Part shown: in pieces, positions 1-6,961 of the stretch | Layout: each line of letters opens with the position of its first letter | Numbering within the stretch: the stretch's first letter is position 1 | Assembly (NCBI GenBank): GCA_964450715.1 | Contig: CAYVFC010000003.1 | Coordinates: forward strand, 5,407 to 69,406 | Direction: 5' to 3' | Source: an uncultured Sandaracinaceae bacterium | Lineage (GTDB): Bacteria > Myxococcota_A > Polyangia > Polyangiales > JAFGIB01 | Length of the DNA stretch: 64,000 nt | Notes under the pieces: model-generated | What the model was told of the DNA's origin: nothing | What the model saw: the letters and a program-made list of their open reading frames with translations, nothing else | Database searches by the model: none | Program-made: the position numbers and the translations under genes

Positions 1-1426
1 CGAACAAAATAGGGCTCGGGGGGTAGCGGGGCGGCGCCAGGTGAAAGAGCAGCGGCAACAGCGCGTTCATCTTCCGGTATTGTTCCGGCCGCTCGCCGGG
101 AACGCCCCAGAGCAGGTTGTAGTGCACCTGGATACCGTGCTCCGCGCACCATTTTAAGGCCTGTATGTTTTGCAGCGCGGTGGTCCCCTTGCCCATCAGC
201 TTCAACAGCTCCGTGTTGAAGCTCTCGACACCGAACTGCACGTACCGCGCGCCGCTCAGCGCCAGATCTCGGATCTGGCTCTTCGGCAGGGTGGCGCGCA
301 GCTCGCAGATGAAGGTGAAGTCGCAGTCGAGCCTGCGTAGCGGAGCCAGCGCGTCCCGCAAGACCGCCCGCGGCAGCAGGGTGTCGGTCAGGTGAAAACG
401 CAGAACGCCGTGGGTCGAGGCGAGGGTCTCGATGTCCCGCTGGATCCTGCCCGCCGACTTGACCCGGTGGGGCAGGTTCTCCCGGTCCAGCCCGCAAAAC
501 CGGCAGCGGCGCTCGCCCTTTCCCCACCAGCAGCCGCGCGAGGTCTCGTAGGCCACTCCCTCCAGCGGTATCTCGCACCCCTGCTGGCGGCAGCGCCGCG
601 CTTGATCGAAGTAGTCCGAGTAGTCCGGAAGATAATGCTCGTCCAGCGAAAGGCTCGGCGTCCGGCCCGGGTTGACCACCAGCTGGCCGTCGCGCCGCCA
701 GCAGACGCCGGGTAAGGCGGAGAGGACCCGCCGCTCGCCGCGGCTCAAAGCGCGCACCAGCGGGGTGATCAGCTCCTCGCCCTCCCCCTGAACGCAGCAG
801 TCGATCCAGGGAAAGGCCATCATGTAGCCGGGGCCCATCTCGCCCGAGAAGCAGAATCCGCCGAAGACGACCGGCTTGTGCGGGTATAGCTCCTTGATGC
901 GCCGGGCCAGGGCCAGTGACGGTAGGGTCTGGTGAAAGGTGCAGGTGAAACCGATCAGATCGCTCTGGCGGACCTCGTCGCGAAGCGCCTCTTGCTCGAT
1001 GAAACGCGGCACCAGGCTATCGCGGATATGCAACAGCTCGTCCGCAAAGGCTTCGTCCAGCGGCTCCCCCGGCCGAGCGTTTCCGGCCCCGTACCCGCTC
1101 GGGGCCGCCGGGAAACCGTGACGGGTGCGGTCGAGCAGAAGCTCGAGCCTCTCGCGGTCGCTTTCGGGATGCGAATCGTCCCCGGGAAACAGGCCGCGGT
1201 TGAAGAGCCATTCGGAGACGAACCGCAGGGCGATGTCGTGGACGATGCGCTCGTAGGTCTGTACGCCCAGCAGCGAGGCGAAACGCAGGTTGGCGTGAGA
1301 GGCGGCCGCCGCCACGCCGTCGGCCCTCAGCCGCGCCCCGAGCAGCCCCAGCGGTAGCGAGGGAATGCCGATCGGCGCCCAGGGCATGGTGACGAGCAGC
1401 ACGGTTCCGGCGGGGGTCTGGTCCAA
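1..1426 (-). CDS. B12-binding-domain radical SAM enzyme, TIGR03975-like RiPP-maturation family (partial; C-terminus lies beyond the left edge)
   Basis: My own minus-strand translation reads ...VLLVTMPWAPIGIPSLPLGLLGARL..., then YETSRGCWWGKGERRCRFCGL (approx 487-530) and QFGVESFNTELLKLMGKG. The frame stays open to base 1, so it is absent from the ORF track. Start is TTG 1426 (GAGG 9-12 nt upstream) or GTG 1402. Confidence 0.8.
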   Translation of the reverse strand, partial: MDQTPAGTVLLVTMPWAPIGIPSLPLGLLGARLRADGVAAAASHANLRFASLLGVQTYERIVHDIALRFVSEWLFNRGLFPGDDSHPESDRERLELLLDRTRHGFPAAPSGYGAGNARPGEPLDEAFADELLHIRDSLVPRFIEQEALRDEVRQSDLIGFTCTFHQTLPSLALARRIKELYPHKPVVFGGFCFSGEMGPGYMMAFPWIDCCVQGEGEELITPLVRALSRGERRVLSALPGVCWRRDGQLVVNPGRTPSLSLDEHYLPDYSDYFDQARRCRQQGCEIPLEGVAYETSRGCWWGKGERRCRFCGLDRENLPHRVKSAGRIQRDIETLASTHGVLRFHLTDTLLPRAVLRDALAPLRRLDCDFTFICELRATLPKSQIRDLALSGARYVQFGVESFNTELLKLMGKGTTALQNIQALKWCAEHGIQVHYNLLWGVPGERPEQYRKMNALLPLLFHLAPPRYPPSPILF

Positions 1427-1586
1427 CGATGCGCGCCTCGTGCAAGACGGATCCGAGCTTCCTCGGGCCATCCAAGGTACCACGCTGAAACCTTGCCTGG
1501 CCAGCGTCGCGACGGGGCCGGATCGGCGGCTCTATCCGCGATGGAAAGCGCTTGACCCGGCCTCGAAGGCGGATAGAAGTATTCAA

Positions 1587-3656
1587 ATGGGAGTCGGGGT
1601 AGAGAGCTCGCACGTACTGATCTCCTCCAGGTGCGTAAACGATTGCGTTTTCTGCGCGGTAGCGAACAAGCGCAAGGCCGGGGCGCTGTCCAGCCGGGAG
1701 GAGATCCTCCGCTTCATGGAGAAGATGGCCACCGCCGGCGTCAAGCACCTGACCTTCTCCGGTGCCGGCGAGCCGACCCTGGACGAGCACTTCGAGGAAT
1801 ACCTCGACTATGCCCACCAGCTCGGCTTCCCGCGTATCCAGCTCTTCACCAACGGTCATGCCGTGTCGAGCGACAAGGTGCAGGCCTGGAAGCGATCCGG
1901 GCTCGGCCAGGTGCTGCTCTCGCTGCACGGCCTAGAGGGGGGGCACGACCGCAACGTGCGCCGACGAGGGTCGTTTAGAGAAGCCCTGCAGGCGCTCGAT
2001 ACCTTTCTGGCTGAGGGGCTTCAGGTCAACGTCAATACCTGCCTGACCCGCCATAACCTCGACGAGATAGCCGAGTTGTGCGCGCTGGTGGATCGCTATC
2101 CGGTCGGCCGCCACATGCTCTCCTTTCCCGAATGGCACGGCGCCTGTCTGGCCAATCCGGATCAGCTGCTCTGCTACCAGCAGGTCCGCGATCTCTGCGA
2201 TGACGTCGACTTTTTCGCCTTCCCCAGGGTCGTCTTCGACAACACGCCCTTCTGCATCGCCCGGCACCGGACACGCGAGCTCAGCGGGCTGGGACCGGTG
2301 GTGCTGCTGGACGCCGATCAGGAGCACACGCTGGCCATGGGCGGCGGCAATCGCTATCTCGGGGCGTGCGAGAGCCATTCCTGTCCGGTCAGGCACCTAT
2401 GCTGCGGATTCGACCCGGACTACATCGCGCATCACGGCTGGGGAGCCCTTCCCGGGCTGATCGAGGGCTTCTTCCGGCAGTTCGACTTCACCAGGTTGCG
2501 GCCGCTTCGTTCGGGCAGCGGCGGTTTCCGCCTCTCGCCGCCCCTGCGCCGCCCGGCGGCGCACCGAGCCGAGCCGGATACGGCCGGCGAGGGCATCTTC
2601 AACCTGATCCTCAAGCCGACCGCGCGCTGCAACGGTTCCTGCGCCTACTGCGCGGCCCGGAGCGAGGCCATTGCGTACGCAGATCTCTCGGTCGAGGATG
2701 CCGTCCGCATTTGCGGGACGGTGGCGCGAACCCTTCGCGAGCGGGGCGAGCGCCATCTGCAAATCGTCTGGCACGGCGGCGAGCCGCTTCTCATGGGTCG
2801 CGAGTTCTTCCGCGAGGTCTTGAGCTGGTGCCGGCAGAACCTCGAGGCGCCCCGCGTGAGCCACTCGGTGCAGTCCAACCTGCTTCTGCTGGACGAGCAG
2901 TGGATCGATCTCTTCGGTGCCTTCGACGTGCGGCTGAGCACCTCGGTCGAGCCGGTGGTCGAGGGGCTCCGGGTCTTCGCGGACGGTAGCGAGCAATTTC
3001 CGGGATGGTTCGAACGTTTCCGGCTGGCGATGCGCCGCGGCGTGAAGGTGGGGATCGTATATACCGTCACCGCTCACCACCTCGGACGGGAAGAGAAGAT
3101 CTACAACTACTTTCGCAACCTGCTCGCCACCTACCGCTCTTGCAGCGGGGTCCGTTTCAGTCCCATATACGCCGCCGGTCGCGCGGGCGACGGGAGCCGT
3201 GCGCGTTTGCTGCTCACCGACCAGCAGTACGCCACCTTTCTCCAGGCGATGCAGGCTCTTTGGAGCACGGCCGGGCGGCGGCTCGCTTTCGAGCCCTTCC
3301 GCAGCCTCGCCGGAGGCCACCGCAACTCGTGCGCGCTTTTACCCGACTGCAGCCGCCACTTCCTGGCCGTGGACGGCCAGGGCCGCGTCTCGCCCTGCGG
3401 GCGTTTTCTCGATTCCCGCGTCTTCATCGGTTCTATATACGGCGACGATTTCCCGACCCTGCAACAGAAGGCCCGCGAGCTGCTTTTCGAGCAGCGGGCG
3501 CTCCGCCTGGCCGAGACCGAGTGCCAGGGCTGCCCCGACCTGGAGCGCTGCCACGGCGGCTGTCCCTACCTGGCCTACCTGTACGGCGGCGACGCCAGCC
3601 GCAAGGAGCCCTTCTGCGCCGCCCACCGCGCGCTGTTCGCCTCAACCCGCGGGTAG
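1587..3656 (+). CDS. Tandem radical SAM / radical SAM-SPASM fusion protein (two catalytic cores in one polypeptide)
   Basis: ORF 1365..3656. Its 5' part overlaps the divergent gene, so ATG 1587 (MGVGVESSHVLISSRCVNDCVFC) is preferred. Core 1 has CVNDCVFC (1632-1655) plus FSGAGEPTL. Core 2 has CNGSCAYC (2628-2651) plus WHGGEPLL. The C-terminal SPASM block is CQGCPDLERCHGGCPY...C. Confidence 0.85.
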   Translation: MGVGVESSHVLISSRCVNDCVFCAVANKRKAGALSSREEILRFMEKMATAGVKHLTFSGAGEPTLDEHFEEYLDYAHQLGFPRIQLFTNGHAVSSDKVQAWKRSGLGQVLLSLHGLEGGHDRNVRRRGSFREALQALDTFLAEGLQVNVNTCLTRHNLDEIAELCALVDRYPVGRHMLSFPEWHGACLANPDQLLCYQQVRDLCDDVDFFAFPRVVFDNTPFCIARHRTRELSGLGPVVLLDADQEHTLAMGGGNRYLGACESHSCPVRHLCCGFDPDYIAHHGWGALPGLIEGFFRQFDFTRLRPLRSGSGGFRLSPPLRRPAAHRAEPDTAGEGIFNLILKPTARCNGSCAYCAARSEAIAYADLSVEDAVRICGTVARTLRERGERHLQIVWHGGEPLLMGREFFREVLSWCRQNLEAPRVSHSVQSNLLLLDEQWIDLFGAFDVRLSTSVEPVVEGLRVFADGSEQFPGWFERFRLAMRRGVKVGIVYTVTAHHLGREEKIYNYFRNLLATYRSCSGVRFSPIYAAGRAGDGSRARLLLTDQQYATFLQAMQALWSTAGRRLAFEPFRSLAGGHRNSCALLPDCSRHFLAVDGQGRVSPCGRFLDSRVFIGSIYGDDFPTLQQKARELLFEQRALRLAETECQGCPDLERCHGGCPYLAYLYGGDASRKEPFCAAHRALFASTRG

Positions 3657-3684
3657 GGGGGATACCATTTAGTTACCCCCCTAC
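3653..3684 (+). terminator. GC hairpin overlapping the stop codon (terminator-like, no U tract)
   Basis: Perfect 9-bp stem GTAGGGGGG (3653-3661) / CCCCCCTAC (3676-3684) with a 14-nt loop. The TAG stop at 3654-3656 sits inside the stem. Confidence 0.3.
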
Positions 3685-3757
3685 GCGAAAGACGACGGGA
3701 AGGGTTTTTACGAACCGCCTCTGGTCACCTACCGACGCGCCCGACTACCGGGCGCTG

Positions 3758-3990
3758 GCCGGGCGCGGGAAGGCCGGGACCGGGCGGCGGGGGCTACCCG
3801 CGTGCCAACCCGCCCAGCTATCGAGACCCCGGGTTGGCGCGCGGGTCGAGCGCGGGTTGCGTCCGGCAGGGCAAGAGCCCGTACGGCCGGACAATGCAAC
3901 CCGCGCGACCCCCGCCGCCCGGTGTCGGCCTTCCCGCGCCCCACCCGAAACGCAGGCAGCCCTGAAGCGATCAAGTCGTGCTAGTGTAGA
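3758..3990. repeat. Dispersed GC-rich intergenic repeat (family C), copy 1
   Basis: 3758-3816 aligns by eye at roughly 80 percent with 51411-51470. 3843-3869 is identical (27/27) to 60434-60460, and 3886-3897 is identical (12/12) to 60477-60488. The internal hairpin is CGCGGGTTGCGTCCGGC...GCCGGACaatGCAACCCGCG. Confidence 0.6.
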
Positions 3991-4907
3991 TGCCAACCCG
4001 GCGCCGCTTCGCGCCCTGCCACCAGACCATGCCCGACTTCCCCGAACAGATGATCGTGAGCGCGCCGCCGGGATTTCTCGAGCAGCAGAGCTGCCGGGTG
4101 ATCCTCCGGCTCTTCGACGTCGGGCGCGACGCCGCCCGGCTGGCCGCGCCCTACGGAAAGCGCATCAGCCACATCGACATGAACGGCAAGACGCTGGCCT
4201 CATTACCGAGGCTGGATCTGCTGGCCGAGCACCGCATCCGGCTCTTTGTCTCGGACGCGGATATTCCCTTGATACACCGGATCTCGAAGACCGCGGTCAA
4301 GCACCGTCTGGTGCTCTTCGTCCAACCGGACGCTGGCGCCGCCCGACGGATCAACCTGCTGAGCGAGTTCGATATCCCCATGCACATCGATCCCGGCGCG
4401 GGCCCCGCGGCGGAGGGCGTGCTGCCGCAACTTCTCGAGTACTACCTGCATAACCCGCTGCTGAACGCCTCCATCGCGCCCTTCAACGCGCTGATGAAGC
4501 ACGAGATCGAGGGCAAGGGGTATACCCTCTGGGATACGGAGTACGAAAAACCGGGTCGATACCTCTACCTATCCGCCGAGGGCGACATCTCGCTTTCGGG
4601 CAGGTTTCACCGAGCCGGGGTCGTCTTCGGCACCAGGTACGAGGCTTGGGAGCAAATCGCTGGGTCCGAGGCCTACCGGCGCCTGCTCGGATACCGGGAC
4701 GCCATGTTTGAGAAGGGCGAGCCCTGTGCCTTCTGCGCCGGGTTCCGCTTCTGTCAGGGCTATCTGAAAGCGGTGGACGCGGACGCCGACTGCGAGCAGT
4801 GGCAGCGGGTGTTCGAGGGAATCGGGCTGGCGGTCGACCAGGCCAGGGGTATCATAAGGGACGGTTATGGAAAGCGTGCCCGGGACCGCGGCGGGAAACC
4901 GGCGTAA
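3990..4907 (+). CDS. Hypothetical protein with only a SPASM/twitch-like Cys block (no radical-SAM CX3CX2C motif)
   Basis: ORF track, 305 aa. The only Cys cluster is C-terminal, CAFCAGFRFCQGY...DC (CX2CX5C). It overlaps the next rSAM gene by 41 nt. Start is uncertain: ATG 3990 lies at the end of the repeat, and ATG 4029 is the alternative. Confidence 0.6.
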   Translation: MPTRRRFAPCHQTMPDFPEQMIVSAPPGFLEQQSCRVILRLFDVGRDAARLAAPYGKRISHIDMNGKTLASLPRLDLLAEHRIRLFVSDADIPLIHRISKTAVKHRLVLFVQPDAGAARRINLLSEFDIPMHIDPGAGPAAEGVLPQLLEYYLHNPLLNASIAPFNALMKHEIEGKGYTLWDTEYEKPGRYLYLSAEGDISLSGRFHRAGVVFGTRYEAWEQIAGSEAYRRLLGYRDAMFEKGEPCAFCAGFRFCQGYLKAVDADADCEQWQRVFEGIGLAVDQARGIIRDGYGKRARDRGGKPA

Positions 4908-5976
4908 GAAGGTATTCTCCGTCGTCTTCATGCCCACGCTGGCGTGCAATTGCACCTGCGACTATTGCTTCCAGAACAAGACCGGCAGCCTGATGTCGGA
5001 CCAGGTGCTGCACCGCTTTCTCGACGGCCTGCTCGATCATTGCGGGCAGGAGAACATCCGTGGCCTCAAGATCTTCTGGCAGGGCGGCGACGTGCTTACC
5101 CTCTCCCCGGAACGGGCGAGCCAGATCCTGGGGATCTTCCGCGAGCGGACGGCCGGTAGCGGCGTTGCGGTCAACCACTATATACAGACCAACCTGCTGG
5201 GCTATCACCAAGGCTGGAAGCAGATCCTGCGGGACAACTTCAAGGACAGGATCAGCTCCTCGCTGGACTATCCCAACCTGTATCGCCAGGGGCCCGGCAT
5301 CGGCGTCGACGACTACTTCGACCGTTGGTTGCGGAAAAAGGAGCAGATCGAGAGCGACGGCTTTGGCGTGAGCGTGATCGCCCTGCCCAACGCGGAGACC
5401 CTCGAGCGAGGCGCCCAGGCCTTCTACGACTTCTACGGCAACACCGCCGGCATCAAGAGCCTGCAGGTCAACTTCCCCTTTCCCGGCATCGGCTCCGACT
5501 ACCCGCGAGAGCTGTCGCTCGAGAAGTACTCGGACTTCCTGCTAGATCTGTACCGGATCTGGAAAGAGGACGGCAGGCGTATCCACCTCAGGCCCTTTGT
5601 GACCATCGAGCGCAAGAAGAAGACGCCGGCGGCCAGCACCTTCTGTATCTGGTCCTATTGTTGCGCCGACGACATCCTGGCCGTGGCGCCGGCAGGAGAG
5701 GTGGCGCAGTGCGACTGCTGGATCCTCTGCCTGAACGAGTTCCAGTACGGTACGGTGCGCGACGCGAGCATGCGGCAGCTGCTGGACTCGCCCAACCGAC
5801 GGATCTTCTACCAGCGGGCGGAGAAGCTGGCGCTTCAGAGCGAGTGCGGGCAGTGCGTCTACTGGAGGCTCTGTCACGGCGGATGTCCGATCCGGGCCTA
5901 TCGCTTCTCGGGCGAGTTCTTTGCCAAGGACCATTTTTGCGCCGTTTACCGGGCCTTGTTTGACACGATTAGCTGA
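4867..5976 (+). CDS. Radical SAM/SPASM domain maturase
   Basis: ORF track, 369 aa. Motifs are FMPTLACNCTCDYC (CX3CX2C), FWQGGDVLTL, and the C-terminal SPASM block CGQCVYWRLCHGGCP...FC. Confidence 0.85.
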   Translation: MESVPGTAAGNRRKKVFSVVFMPTLACNCTCDYCFQNKTGSLMSDQVLHRFLDGLLDHCGQENIRGLKIFWQGGDVLTLSPERASQILGIFRERTAGSGVAVNHYIQTNLLGYHQGWKQILRDNFKDRISSSLDYPNLYRQGPGIGVDDYFDRWLRKKEQIESDGFGVSVIALPNAETLERGAQAFYDFYGNTAGIKSLQVNFPFPGIGSDYPRELSLEKYSDFLLDLYRIWKEDGRRIHLRPFVTIERKKKTPAASTFCIWSYCCADDILAVAPAGEVAQCDCWILCLNEFQYGTVRDASMRQLLDSPNRRIFYQRAEKLALQSECGQCVYWRLCHGGCPIRAYRFSGEFFAKDHFCAVYRALFDTIS

Positions 5977-6011
5977 CTTCGATAGTCTGGTTCAAATTCA
6001 AGAGGTGCTCC

Positions 6012-6869
6012 ATGGCTAAGAAGAGGGAACCTGAAGACGGGCGGAAGAACACCGTCGCGCGGGAGCCGGATCCCCGCGAAGCGCGCTGGCTCGATCGACG
6101 CAGCTTCCTGATGAGCGCGGGCAAGTACTCGGCTGCCGCGGCCGGTCTGCTCGCCGGCGCGCCGACCCTTTTCAGCGGCTGTTTTTTCGGCAAGAGCGAC
6201 GACGACCAGAGCGATGCCAAGCCGATCGAGCGCTACCAGCAGGAGGCGGTGCCGGCGATCATGGACGCGGACACCGGAGCCTCGCTGTCCGATGGCGAGG
6301 ATGCGGTCTACGAAATCTCCATCGAGCAAGCCGGCGACTACATGTTGACCGTCTCGTCCGAGAGCACCTTGCCGGAAGCAGACGCGGTACGGGCCTTTTT
6401 GCTCGAGGAAGACGGCGACGTGATCTGGTGGGAAGATATAAGGGCAGGTGCTACCTATACCGAAGGGTGGGAGGGCCTGCACTCGGGCATTTATTACCTG
6501 GTCATCGAGAGCCAGACCGACTCGGTCAAGGTCGTCTTCACCGTGACCGAGCAGAGCGGTAGCGGCGAGGGCGGCACGGGCGGTTCGGGCGAAGGGGGCA
6601 CGGGCGGCACCGGCGAGGGCGGTAGCGGCGAGGGAGGCACCGGCGAAGGCGGTAGCGGCGAGGGAGGTACCGGCGAAGGGGGCACGGGCGAGGGCGGCAG
6701 CGGCGAGTGGGACGACTACTCGGACTGGGTCGACAGCGCCTGGACCAACAACACCTGGTCCGACAGCTCGGGCTGGAAGGATGCGGGCAGCGGCACCTGG
6801 GTGGCCTACTCGGATTCCTGGTACGCCGGCGAGTGGGACGACGGCTGGCTGAACTACGGCTACTACTGA
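6012..6869 (+). CDS. Tat-signal lipoprotein with a PPC-like beta-sandwich, a (GEGG[ST]G)n linker and a Trp/Tyr/Asp-rich C-terminal tail
   Basis: ORF track, 285 aa, with AGAGG upstream. The twin-arginine motif is DRRSFLMSAG, followed by an h-region and lipobox LFSGC. The PPC-like pattern is GDYMLTVSS...GIYYLVIES. The last 54 residues contain 9 W, 6 Y and 9 D. Confidence 0.75.
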   Translation: MAKKREPEDGRKNTVAREPDPREARWLDRRSFLMSAGKYSAAAAGLLAGAPTLFSGCFFGKSDDDQSDAKPIERYQQEAVPAIMDADTGASLSDGEDAVYEISIEQAGDYMLTVSSESTLPEADAVRAFLLEEDGDVIWWEDIRAGATYTEGWEGLHSGIYYLVIESQTDSVKVVFTVTEQSGSGEGGTGGSGEGGTGGTGEGGSGEGGTGEGGSGEGGTGEGGTGEGGSGEWDDYSDWVDSAWTNNTWSDSSGWKDAGSGTWVAYSDSWYAGEWDDGWLNYGYY

Positions 6870-6878
6870 TCCCCCCTT

Positions 6879-6961
6879 GTCATTTCGACCGACCCTGTCA
6901 TTTCGACCGAAGGGAGAAATCTCTTTTTCGATAGAGATCTCTCACGTACGTTCGAGATGAC
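6879..6961. repeat. Palindromic dispersed repeat, family A (GTCATTTCGACCGAAGGGAGAAATCTC ... GAGATCTCTC..CG.TCGAGATGAC), full copy with a duplicated left end
   Basis: The left arm occurs twice (6879-, 6897-) and the right arm ends at 6961. The same element is found at 8562, 10714, 34679 (half copy) and 63805 (half copy). Confidence 0.85.

Noticed and set aside
1017-1928. 303-aa minus-strand ORF spanning the divergent promoter region
   Set aside because: Its translation is Arg/Gly/Ala/Pro-rich and low in complexity. It overlaps two well-supported rSAM genes out of frame. This is a typical shadow ORF of high-GC DNA.
3802-3984. 60-aa ORF in the rSAM cluster gap, considered as a RiPP precursor
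   Set aside because: It lies entirely within the family C repeat, which also occurs at two unrelated loci. It is Arg/Pro-rich, has no RBS and has no leader/core-like organisation.
3005-4453. 482-aa plus-strand ORF crossing from the tandem rSAM gene into the next gene
   Set aside because: It has an extreme Arg/Pro/Ala composition and no motifs. It runs out of frame over real coding sequence and over the dispersed repeat.
6707-6934. ORFs reading through family A repeats (6707..6934 plus, 8517..8864 minus, 8543..9496 plus, 10777..11682 plus)
   Set aside because: The peptide strings such as CHFDRREKS and EISPFGRNDK are simply translations of the repeat. The remainder is antisense to real genes.
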